A stretch of 64,000 bases of DNA. It comes from an uncultured Candidatus Entotheonella sp. GTDB taxonomy: Bacteria > Tectomicrobia > Entotheonellia > Entotheonellales > Entotheonellaceae. The stretch spans positions 2,656,001 through 2,720,000 of the forward strand of contig OZ244252.1 of NCBI GenBank assembly GCA_965217185.1, given 5' to 3'. Shown in pieces: positions 51,033 to 60,524 of the stretch (position 1 is its first letter; each line of letters starts with the position of its first letter). The notes beneath the pieces are model-generated. The model searched no databases. It was not told where the DNA came from and was given only the letters and a program-made list of their open reading frames with translations. A program made the translations under genes and the position numbers.

Positions 51033-53271
51033 GTGACTGAAATCTCTTCCACCGACACCAAAGTCCCGCCGCTCGTTGGGACGCTGCCGCCGCAGTGCCA
51101 GAGAGACGTGGACATCATGCGCCGGTCCATTCACGAGCCTGTCAGGCAGCAGCCACCGGGCGATCCCGTGTCTCCGGCTGATTTTCGGGAAGTCATGTTG
51201 ACCGGGGCGACCGGGTTCATCGGACGTTTTTTCCTGCGCGACCTTTTGCAGCAGAAAACCGATCTGGTCGTGCATTGCCTAGTCCGGGCCGATAGCGCTG
51301 AGGATGGATTCGAGCGCCTGCGCGCTGCCTTGCAAGAGGCGGAACTTTGGGACGAGACGTTCGCATCGCGCATCCGCGTAATCGCCGGCGACATCGGGGA
51401 AGCCCGACCTCGCCATCATGAAGAGAAAGTTTCCGATCGGACTGCTCGGCTACCCCTGGAGCAAGCTGACGTCGGAACAGGTCCTTCTGTTTGCTCAGCA
51501 GGCCGGTATGCCGTTGGCGATCTTCCGGCTGCCGCAGACCGGCATTTCCAGTACGGGATTCGTCCAGGCAAGCGACCTCACGATGAAGATATTGGCCGCG
51601 GTGCTGGACTGCGAAAACATGCCGGCGGGATTCACGTTTCGATCCAGCCACGAGGCGGTCGATACGCTGAGTCGAGTCTGTACGGCCATTTCCTTGAATC
51701 CCAAACGGCGTTTCACGATCTACCATTGCTGCAACCCGCAACTGGACTATTACAACCTCGAACTCGCCGATTTCGGGACCTATTTGCCCGAAGTCTCCTA
51801 CGAGTCATTCAAGCGCGCCTGCCAAGCCCGCAAGAACTCGCCGCTTCACGGGCACTGGGCGGTGCTCGATCATTTTGCGAACTACTGGTTCAGCACGGAC
51901 AAACCGGAGGACGGACTGCCCATTTCTGACCGTGCACTCCGCGAGGACTGTCCGCACCCGATCAAATGGCCGGGTGTGTTGACCAAGCTTCGACACTCCT
52001 ACCAATGGGTCATGGACCACCGGGGGCAATGGCCCCATCCCGTGTCGCAAGGCCGTCTGGACTACGACTGCCTGATCTCCCGGGCGGAGCAATACGCTGA
52101 AGACAACGGCGTCTCCTTCGAACAGGCGTATCCCCCGTGGTTGTGTCGAAACCTGGAGCAATTGGTTCGGGCCGTGAAAACGTCCGAGGTCAAACTATTG
52201 CAGGATAAGCTGCCGGGCCTGGTCTTCGACTTCAGCCGTCTCTTGCGCAACAACGCTGCGTTCGCTCGGGAGCGGATGCAGTACCCGGAGATCGAACAGG
52301 AGGAGATCACGCGCCCGGTTTTCATCGTCGGGATCAATCGTACGGGCACGACCTATCTGCACCGCCTCATGGCCCGCGACCCACGGTTCTGGTCGCTGCG
52401 CGGCTACGAATACGCCGCGCCGGTCCTGACCAAGGAGGAATACGCCACGATTGAGGGCCAAGCGGACGACCCTCGCCGGGCGCGGGTCGAAGAAATGCTC
52501 GAGTCATCCAGGGTCGTCGAGCTCTTCAAGGGAGTTCACGATTTCAACATCGACGAACCGGCGGAAGACTTCCCGATCTTGAGCATGGCCTTCGGATCAT
52601 GGACCTCCACCGTTCGATTCCATGTCCCGGAATTCGGCCGTTGGCTGGCCGCCACCGGGACGCAGTACGCCTACGCCCACCACCGCCGCATCATGCAGAA
52701 CTTTACTTGGCAGCGCCGGCAGCGGCGGCCCGACCACCAGGGGCAGTGGCTGTTCAAGATGCCCTTTCATCTCATGGAGTTGGAGACGCTGGTCGAGACT
52801 TATCCCGACGCCCTCTTCATCCAGACCCACCGGAGCCCCAGCCAGTTCATGGGGTCCTGGAACAGTTTTGTGGAAAAGGCGCGCTCGCTTTCCGTCCATC
52901 CACAGCCGCGAGAAGGCCTCGGTGCCGAGCTCTTGGAGTTCATGAGCAGCATGATGGATCGAGCCGTGTATTTCCGGGAGAGCCATCCCGAGCTGGAGGA
53001 CCGCTGGATAGACGTGAACTACGTCGATCTGGTCGAGAAACCGTTGGCGGTCGTGCGCGGCATTTATGAACGTTTCAACTGGCCGCTGGAGCAGTCGGCC
53101 ATCGACGCCATGGACGACTGGTTGTTCCGGCAGGCACGGCGCCGGCAGCGGGAAACGCGGCACCGCTACGCCCTGGAGGATTACGGCCTCACGCCGGAGT
53201 CGGTCAACAACGCATTTGCACGCTATCGGGGCTTCATCACCAGCCAGGGTATTCGGTCGTCGCGTTTCTGA
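51033..53271 (+). pseudogene. Thioester reductase + sulfotransferase fusion (SwfB-like) with an internal deletion/frameshift at ~51408
   Basis: LTGATGFIG..HCLVRA..GDIGEAR jumps to GYPWSK in another frame; ST motifs IVGINRTGTT, LFKMPFH, QTHRSP. Confidence 0.85.
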
Positions 53272-53825
53272 GTCCACCATACCCGCAGTCTGGCGTCCGC
53301 CGCTACGCCCCCCGCTCGAGATGCGTCCCGTTTTAGGAGATCCCGGACGCTTCCGATCGTCCTATTCTCACCCGCCTGCGTGAAGATTTTGAAACTACTA
53401 CTTTCAAATGAACCACTTTCTGCCACCCTCTTCGCCATCAGTCTGATGGGTATCGAGTTCGTCGACGATCTTTTTAGCATGGCGGGCGATTGCTTCGTTC
53501 ATTCTCCCTTCGGTCCTCACACCAGGGACCTGTCGTGCGTGCTGCCAAAGAACCAAATGCGACTGGGTTCGGGCGCATGTGACATGTACGGTCAGCGAAA
53601 ATCCGGGGCGGCACGACCCTGGACGCCATGGTGCGCGAATATCTGGTATCCGTTGCGGAGTTTGACGCCGCTGTACGGCAGGGAGCAGGCTGACAGCCTT
53701 ATGGCGTCCACCGAACGCTTGGCGCGTGATGGGGCCGCGCAACTGGACGCGGAACCACATCTGTGAGGAAAGAATTGCCAAGCGGGCAGATCTGAATACC
53801 GCATGATTGCAAAATGGAGCACACC

Positions 53826-55205
53826 ATGACGCAAGCCGTTGACCGTCTTGTTCAGCACGTCATCACCACCCAATTCGAGGACCTTACGGAACCGGCCGCG
53901 GCGGCTGTGAAAACGTTTTGCCTGGATACCATCGGGGTGAGTGTTGCCGGCACCACGGCGCGGTACGCGGCCGAGATGCGCGCGGCGGTGGGCGAGTGGG
54001 GCAGCGGCGCTGAGGCCACCGTGCTGGGATTGGCCAGCAGGTTGCCCGCAGGTGCGGCGGCGATGATTAACGCCTTTCATGCCCACAATCAGGAGTTCGA
54101 CTGCGTGCACGAGGCGGCGGTGGTGCATCCGTTGACGACGATCCAATCCGCCGCGCTGGCGGTTGCCGAGCGGGCAGGCGGTGTGTCGGGGCGGCAGTTG
54201 ATCCTGGCGCTGGCGCTTGGCGTCGACGTGGCCACGTCCATCGGCATGGCGGCGAAAACGGGTCTGCGGTTCTTTCGCCCGGCCACCGCCGGCGTGTTCG
54301 GCGCCACCGCAGCGGTGGGCAAGCTGGCCGGTCTGGATGCCGTGGGACTGAAGAACGCCCTCGGCCTCGCCTACGCGCAAAACGCCGGCACCATGCAGTC
54401 GCACGTCGAAGGCGGTCCGGCGCTCGCTCTGCAGATGGGCTTTGCCGCCGGCGCTGCCGTCCGGGCCGTTGATTTGGTGCGTGCCGGTCTGCCCGGGCCG
54501 CACGACGTTCTGGAAGGGCCGTTCGGCTACTTCCGGCTCTACGAGGGCGCATGGGACCTGGAACCGGTGTGGGCCGAGTTGGGAACGATTTGGCGCATCA
54601 CCCAGGTCAGCCACAAGCCGTTCCCCACCGGGCGCGCGGCGCACGGCGGGTTGGATGGCATCTTGCAACTGCGGGCCGCGCATGGCTTGCAGGCCAATGA
54701 CGTCGCCCGGCTGACCTTGGCCGCGCCGCCGTTGATCCACCAACTGGTGGGTCGGCCCGCGCATCCCGACATGGACGTGACCTATGCCCGTCTCTGTTTC
54801 CAATACGTCGGCGCCCTAGCCCTGCTGAACGGCGGCGTGGATGTCGGCGACTTCAGCCCCGAACGCCTCGCCGACCCGCGCTTGCACGACTTCGCCCGGC
54901 GCATCGAGTTGGTGGCCGACGGCAATCCCGACCCCAACGCCCTGGCGCCGCAAGCCGTGACCGCTTACCTCAAGGACGGCCGCACCCTGCACGTCGACGT
55001 TCCCCACACCCTCGGCAGCCCGGAACGTCCCCTCAGCCGCGAACAGCACCTCGCCAAATTCCGCCGCTGCTGGTCCTGCGGCGCCCAACCCCTCGCCGAC
55101 GAGGCGGCCGACCGGCTCATCCACCTCGTTGACGGCCTGGACGAGTTGGGCAACAGCAACGAGATCGTCTCCCTGACGCGCCCTGACGGTTGGGGTGCGA
55201 AATAG
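53826..55205 (+). CDS. MmgE/PrpD family protein
   Basis: LDTIGV, NAFHAHNQEFDCVH..VHP, SHKPFPTGRAAH, GSPERPLS..KF. Confidence 0.92.
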   Translation: MTQAVDRLVQHVITTQFEDLTEPAAAAVKTFCLDTIGVSVAGTTARYAAEMRAAVGEWGSGAEATVLGLASRLPAGAAAMINAFHAHNQEFDCVHEAAVVHPLTTIQSAALAVAERAGGVSGRQLILALALGVDVATSIGMAAKTGLRFFRPATAGVFGATAAVGKLAGLDAVGLKNALGLAYAQNAGTMQSHVEGGPALALQMGFAAGAAVRAVDLVRAGLPGPHDVLEGPFGYFRLYEGAWDLEPVWAELGTIWRITQVSHKPFPTGRAAHGGLDGILQLRAAHGLQANDVARLTLAAPPLIHQLVGRPAHPDMDVTYARLCFQYVGALALLNGGVDVGDFSPERLADPRLHDFARRIELVADGNPDPNALAPQAVTAYLKDGRTLHVDVPHTLGSPERPLSREQHLAKFRRCWSCGAQPLADEAADRLIHLVDGLDELGNSNEIVSLTRPDGWGAK

Positions 55206-55226
55206 CGGATTACGAATTCAGGCCCT

Positions 55227-55346
55227 CCCCCTCACCCCAACCCTCTCCCGCCAAGGGAGAGGAGGGTAAATCCCCTTCGTAGGAATTAGGAATGAGGTTT
55301 AACCCTGATTCCCTCCCCCCTTGAGGGGGGAGGGTTAGGGAGGGGG
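55227..55346. repeat. CCCTC-rich composite inverted repeat, copy 2
   Basis: CCCCCTCACCCCAACCCTCTCCC...GGGAGGGTTAGGGAGGGGG; homologous to 25947-26056. Confidence 0.75.
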
Positions 55347-55354
55347 CGTAACTC

Positions 55355-55415
55355 GACAGCGGAAGCCCGCGGGGCGCAGTGGAACGTCGGATTACGCTTC
55401 GCTAATCCGACCTAC
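55355..55415 (-). repeat. GTAG-type REP with tail
   Basis: Reverse complement GTAGGTCGGATTAGCGAAGCGTAATCCGACGTTCCACTGCGCCCCGCGGGC matches 3777-3835. Confidence 0.8.
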
Positions 55416-55440
55416 AGCTACAGCTTGATGCGGAAATGCT

Positions 55441-56679
55441 CTACGGAATCGTGCGAACGAGGCGGAAGCCGACGTGACCGCCGCGGAAGGCGGGGTGGGC
55501 GTGGCTGCGGGAGGTGGCGCGGCAATCCTCGGCGGGGGAGAGCCAACTGCCGCCGCGTATGACGCGCCGGTTGCCGGGAGGCGGGCCGGCGGGCTCGGTA
55601 GCGGATTCCGACGGGTAGGCGCCGTAACGATCTTGCACCCATTCCCAGACGCCGCCTTGCATGGCGTACGCGCCCCAGGCATTCGGCTGCTTCTCGCCCA
55701 CCGGATGGGTGGTGTTGCCGGCGTTGTCGGCGTACCAGGCATAGGCGTCAAGCTGGACCGCGTCGTCGCCGAAGGCGTAGGCCGCAACGGAGCCGGCGCG
55801 CGCCGCGTATTCCCACTCGGCCTCGGTAGGCAGGCGATACGTGGCGTCGGGCTCCATGGCGCTCAGCTTGGTGATGAACTCCTGCGCGTCGTTCCATGAG
55901 ACGCTCTCGACCGGCCGGTTGGGATCGTCGGTAAACTGGCTGGGGTCGCTCTCCATCACCGCGTGCCACTGTGCCTGCGTCACCTCGAACTGCCCGATAT
56001 AAAACGGCTTGTTGATGGTCACCGAGCGCACGGGTTGCTCGTCGGCATCGCCACTTTCCGACCCCATGTCAAACGAGCCGGCCGGGATCAGCACAAACGT
56101 CATGCCCAGGGTGTTCGCCCAGGTCTTCGACGGTGCGGCGTCCTCAGCCGCAGCGGCGGGCGGGGCAACGGCCAGCGCCTCGATTTCTTCCCGTACCGCG
56201 TCCAGCTCGACGCGCGCCTCGCGCAGTTCCTGCGTGACGACTTCGACCTGCCCGGCGAGATCGGTCAGGCGCTGGGTGGCTGCCTGCTGCCGGGTAATGG
56301 CCGTAAACACCTGCTCTTCAAGCTGTCCCAACCGCCGGGCTTCTGCCTGCTGACCGGCGATGGCGGGCTCCAATTGACTTTGCAACGCTGTGAGGCGTTC
56401 ATTCGTACCCTGCTGCAGCGTGTCCAGCGCGGATTGTGCCTCCTCAACACCCTGCACCGCGGTGTCGACCTGCTGAACGACCTGTGCCAGGCGTTGCGTG
56501 ACCTCCTGCTGCTCGGAGATGGCCGTACGCAACTGGTCCTGCAGCCCGATCAGACGCCCCCCGGCGTCCCGGATGCGGACCGCCCCGCCCTGAAGCTGCC
56601 AGCCGACGTAAAGCAAACCGGCGGCTAGCACGATAATTGCCGCCCACTGCCAGCGGCTCTGGGATGTTTGCTCTGCCAT
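55441..56679 (-). CDS. Membrane-anchored coiled-coil + FGE/SUMF1-domain protein
   Basis: IPAGSFDMGS, EVTQAQW, PVESVSWND, RLPTEAEWEYAARAG, VIRGGSW, GFRLVR. Confidence 0.9.
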   Translation of the reverse strand: MAEQTSQSRWQWAAIIVLAAGLLYVGWQLQGGAVRIRDAGGRLIGLQDQLRTAISEQQEVTQRLAQVVQQVDTAVQGVEEAQSALDTLQQGTNERLTALQSQLEPAIAGQQAEARRLGQLEEQVFTAITRQQAATQRLTDLAGQVEVVTQELREARVELDAVREEIEALAVAPPAAAAEDAAPSKTWANTLGMTFVLIPAGSFDMGSESGDADEQPVRSVTINKPFYIGQFEVTQAQWHAVMESDPSQFTDDPNRPVESVSWNDAQEFITKLSAMEPDATYRLPTEAEWEYAARAGSVAAYAFGDDAVQLDAYAWYADNAGNTTHPVGEKQPNAWGAYAMQGGVWEWVQDRYGAYPSESATEPAGPPPGNRRVIRGGSWLSPAEDCRATSRSHAHPAFRGGHVGFRLVRTIP

Positions 56680-56759
56680 GGGTGTTCCTGTTGCTCCCTC
56701 TGCTCAGGGGCGGGCATACCAAATCAGGATAAAGGTCCCTGCACTTGCAAGAGTCTGGC

Positions 56760-57065
56760 TCACTGCCAGAAGTACTTGAAGCGCAGCGGACTTCCCGGCA
56801 GGGCTCTGGATTCACATTCATCCAGCGGCAGGGGCACGACCGTTCCGTCGCTGAGGGTGGCAGAATCCAGCCACTGGTCGCAGTTCGTCGGGATGCCGAT
56901 GTTCGTCCGCTGGGATTCGAGGTCGTGCGGTATGGCTGCCCCGACGTCCAGGCCGACATAGAAGCCTCGCCGGTTTGTCTCGGCAGCCGCCGCGCCTATG
57001 GCTGATTGCAATACAACCAGACATACGACGAAAGCTGCCGAAATGAAGCTGGGCACCACGTACAC
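56760..57065 (-). pseudogene. Truncated outer-membrane beta-barrel-like protein (N-terminal fragment)
   Basis: Signal peptide then GFYVGLDVG first strand and a Cys-containing loop; ends abruptly. Confidence 0.4.
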
Positions 57066-57067
57066 AG

Positions 57068-58774
57068 TTACACCCGCGCCAAAGGCCCGCGGATCAACTG
57101 ACCGGGCAGGGTGCCGGTGTGCTCGTTGTCGCGCATCAGCACCTCGCCGTTCACCACCGTGGCCTTGATACCGACGGACTTCTGTTTCAGCCGCCGCGCC
57201 CCCGCGGGCAGGTCGTTCACCACCTCCGGCAGCATCGGCGCAATCGTTTCGGGATCGAACACCACCACGTCCGCCGCGTAACCGGTGCGCAGCAGGCCGC
57301 GATTGTGCATGCCCCAGTAGGAAGCAGGCACGAACGTCAACTGCCGCACCGCGTCTTCAAGGGTCAATTCCTGGCGCTCCCGCACCCAGTAGCCCAGCAG
57401 ATGGGTCTGCAGCGAGGCGTCCATGATCTGCGACACGTGGGCGCCGGAATCCGAAAAGGTAACCACGGTGCGCGGATGGCGGATCATCTCGAGGGCGTGG
57501 TCCTCGTTCTCGTTGGCGATGGGCTGCAAGAAGCACTGCTTCATGCCCTTTTCAAGCGCCAGATCGATCACCACGTCCACCGGATCCTGGTTACGCTCCC
57601 TCGCCACCTCGGCTACGGAGCGATGCGGCGTCAGACCGCTGTTCATGACGAACAGGTAGTCGTAGTTCGCCGACCGCGCTTCGGGGCCGACGCCGTAGCC
57701 GCCGTCATCCGCCTGTCCGTGGGCTGCCGCGACGAGCTTGCGGCGCATATCGGGGTCGCGCAGCGCGGCTTCCTGCTCGCTGAGCGAGAGCTGGCGCACG
57801 TCGCGCCACACCGGCAGCTTGTCGTACGGCATGTGGGTCTCGAACGACAGCACCAAGTTGAGCGCCCGGCTGTGCACCTGGATGAACATCTTGCCGCCGG
57901 CCGCGGCGGTCTCGTCCGCCATGGCCAGGAACGAGCGCCACGTTTGCGGCCCGTTGCGGCGGCCGAACTGGCCGTAGGTGATGGGTACGCCGGTATCGAC
58001 GGCGAGGTCGCGCAGGCGCGACAGGTAATCCTGCAGGTCCTCGGGCGTCTTGGGGTTCTCGTTGGCAATCTCGAACACCCCGGCGCCCATCTCGCCCATG
58101 GCGCCGACGAGGTGCCGCACCTCGTCCCAGGCCGCCAATCGGCTGGCCACCGGCTGTCCGTTCGGGGTGCGGTGCGACTGGCTGCGCGAGGTCGTGAAAC
58201 CCATGGCGCCGGCGCGAATGGCGTCGCGCACGTGGCGCTGCATGCTCTCTATGTCCTCGGGGGTGGCCGCCTCGTCGAAGGCCCGCTCGCCCATGACGTA
58301 GGTGCGCAGGGCCGAGTGGCCGACGTACGCCGCGTAGTTGATGCCCTTGGGCAGCCGGTCCACGGTGTCGAGGTATTCCGGGAAGGTTTCCCACGTCCAC
58401 TTGATGCCCGCGGCCATGGCTTGCGGGGAGATGTCCTCGGCGCGCTCGAGGTTGCGCATGACCAGATCGTTGTGCGCCTCGGCGCAGGGGGCGAGGGAGA
58501 AGCCGCAGTTGCCCATCACCACGCTGGTGACGCCGTGCCAGCAGGAGCAGGTGCCGAGCGGGTCCCAGTTGACCTGTGCGTCCATGTGGGTATGACCGTC
58601 GACGAAGCCCGGCGCCACCACGTGCCCTTCGGCGTCAAGCGTCTCCTTGGCGGCGGCGTTGATCCTGCCGATGGCGGCGATCTGGCCGTGCACGATACCC
58701 ACGTCGGCGCGGTAGCGCGGCATGCCGGAACCATCGACGACGGTGCCGTTTCGGATGATGAGATCGTATTGCAT
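57068..58774 (-). CDS. N-acyl-D-amino-acid deacylase family amidohydrolase
   Basis: IRNGTVVDGSG, APGFVDGHTHMD, GVTSVVMGNCG, SDSGAH, RGLL..GYAADVVVFD. Confidence 0.93.
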   Translation of the reverse strand: MQYDLIIRNGTVVDGSGMPRYRADVGIVHGQIAAIGRINAAAKETLDAEGHVVAPGFVDGHTHMDAQVNWDPLGTCSCWHGVTSVVMGNCGFSLAPCAEAHNDLVMRNLERAEDISPQAMAAGIKWTWETFPEYLDTVDRLPKGINYAAYVGHSALRTYVMGERAFDEAATPEDIESMQRHVRDAIRAGAMGFTTSRSQSHRTPNGQPVASRLAAWDEVRHLVGAMGEMGAGVFEIANENPKTPEDLQDYLSRLRDLAVDTGVPITYGQFGRRNGPQTWRSFLAMADETAAAGGKMFIQVHSRALNLVLSFETHMPYDKLPVWRDVRQLSLSEQEAALRDPDMRRKLVAAAHGQADDGGYGVGPEARSANYDYLFVMNSGLTPHRSVAEVARERNQDPVDVVIDLALEKGMKQCFLQPIANENEDHALEMIRHPRTVVTFSDSGAHVSQIMDASLQTHLLGYWVRERQELTLEDAVRQLTFVPASYWGMHNRGLLRTGYAADVVVFDPETIAPMLPEVVNDLPAGARRLKQKSVGIKATVVNGEVLMRDNEHTGTLPGQLIRGPLARV

Positions 58775-58948
58775 GGTATCCCCTTATGGTACGGGTGGGA
58801 GGTGGGATGATTAGGCTACGATAGCACAGCGGGCTCTGCGTCTCCACCGCCCGCCGGGCGAAGCGGGGCGCCGCTGTGGACGCCACCGCCAAAATGTGAT
58901 TTAGTGTGCCGTCGTGACCAATCAATTCCTCAAAAAGGAGAAGCATTC

Positions 58949-59359
58949 ATGGGCGTCAACGTCGTAAAAGACGCGATCGACCTGGGCATTGTCACCACCA
59001 ACGGCGATGCCATGCTGACGTTTTACCAGGACGTGCTCGGCTTCAAACACGAGGGCGACATCCACATGGAGCACGTCGGCATCAAGACCATGCACCGCCT
59101 GTGGTTCGGCAACAGCCTGATCAAGATCGTCGTGCCGGTCAATGACCCCAATCGGCCCGCAGCGCCCGGCGGCATTCCCGGCGGCACCGGCTACCGCTAT
59201 TGGACCATGACGATCAATAACCTTGACGAGGTGTTGGACGCCATCACCGCCGCCGGGCACAAGATCGTCTGGCCGCGAACCGAGGTGCGCCCCGGCGTCG
59301 TCATCGCCATGGTCGAGGACCCCGACGGCAATTGGGTCGAGTTCATCCAATCTGCGTAA
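58949..59359 (+). CDS. VOC/glyoxalase family protein
   Basis: FYQDVLGF and EDPDGNWVEF; AAGGAG RBS. Confidence 0.9.
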   Translation: MGVNVVKDAIDLGIVTTNGDAMLTFYQDVLGFKHEGDIHMEHVGIKTMHRLWFGNSLIKIVVPVNDPNRPAAPGGIPGGTGYRYWTMTINNLDEVLDAITAAGHKIVWPRTEVRPGVVIAMVEDPDGNWVEFIQSA

Positions 59360-59406
59360 TCAACACCACCACCGTTTTGCATGACCCCCACGCATGGAGT
59401 ACCACA

Positions 59407-60462
59407 ATGCCCCTGAAAGTCGCCTTGATGACCAACAAATACAACCGCTTTGACCTGTTTGAAAAAGCGGGCATCGAAACCGTTGAAGGAAATGCTCGCA
59501 CCACCGAAGACATGATCGACCTGCTGCGCGACGCCGACGGCGCCCTGGTCAACACCCGACCGGATACCAGCCGCGAGGTGATGGAAACCTGTACCAAGCT
59601 CAAGGTGGTGTCGCGCATGGGCGTCGGTGTCGATTCCATCGACCTGCCGGCGGCCACCGAGTTGGGCGTCCTCGCCTGCAACGTGCCCGGCGTCAACACC
59701 GCCGAGGTGGCCGACCACGCCGTCGCCATGCTGCTGGCCATGACGCGCCGGCTCTACGAAACCATCACCGCCACGCGGCAGGGCCAGTGGAGCGACAACC
59801 CGCCGCTGATCAGCGAGTTCCAGCAGTCCGTGCGCCGCATCGGCGGCCATACCGTCGGCATCGTCGGTTTCGGCAACATCGGTCGCGCCTTCGCCATGCG
59901 TATTCGCGGCTTCGGCCCGGCGCAGATCATCGCCTACGACCCGTTTGTGCCGCAGTCGTCCGCCGACCTGTACGGCGTGCGGCTCGTCAGCCTCGAAGAA
60001 CTGGCGCGCACCTCGGATTACATCTCCATTCACAGCTCGGCCACGAGCCAGAACTACCACCTGTTCAACGCCGACCTGTTCGCGCAGATGAAGTCCACCG
60101 CCATTCTGGTGAACTGCTCGCGCGGGCCGCTGATCGACCAGCAGGCCCTGCTCACCGCTCTGCAGGAAGGCCAGATCGAATCCGCCGCCATCGACGTCAC
60201 CGAGATCGAGCCCATCGAGCACGACAACCCGCTGCTCAAGGTCCCCAATCTCGTCATCACGCCCCACCTCGCCGGCTTCTCGCCCACCTTCCTCGACGAA
60301 TGCCCCCAGAAGCAAGCCGAGAACGTCATCAACGTCCTCACCGGCAAACGCCCCCACGGCCTCGCCAACCCCGAGGTCATCAAAACCCTCGCCGTCATGC
60401 GCGCCAGCAACCCCGGCCGCTGGGAAGGCACCCCGGACTTTTCCATCGCACTGGAGTTGTAG
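59407..60462 (+). CDS. D-isomer-specific 2-hydroxyacid dehydrogenase (CtBP/SerA-like)
   Basis: RMGVGVDSID, EVADHA, GIVGFGNIG, VNCSRG, DVTEIEP, ITPHLAG. Confidence 0.93.
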   Translation: MPLKVALMTNKYNRFDLFEKAGIETVEGNARTTEDMIDLLRDADGALVNTRPDTSREVMETCTKLKVVSRMGVGVDSIDLPAATELGVLACNVPGVNTAEVADHAVAMLLAMTRRLYETITATRQGQWSDNPPLISEFQQSVRRIGGHTVGIVGFGNIGRAFAMRIRGFGPAQIIAYDPFVPQSSADLYGVRLVSLEELARTSDYISIHSSATSQNYHLFNADLFAQMKSTAILVNCSRGPLIDQQALLTALQEGQIESAAIDVTEIEPIEHDNPLLKVPNLVITPHLAGFSPTFLDECPQKQAENVINVLTGKRPHGLANPEVIKTLAVMRASNPGRWEGTPDFSIALEL

Positions 60463-60524
60463 GTTGTAGCGCTGCACGGGCTGTGAGAGGCGCTTCAAAT
60501 GCCGATCAACGGAGTGACTTCTCC

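Noticed and set aside
53380..53766. ORF or radical-SAM swfC after the sulfotransferase
   Set aside because: No CxxxCxxC motif; only a short TTLDAMVREYL stretch suggesting a degraded antitoxin remnant, too weak to call.
59787..60524. N-terminal extension of Cas3 (1155-aa ORF)
   Set aside because: It overlaps the dehydrogenase in another frame and is low-complexity; Cas3 motifs begin at the ATG at 60525.
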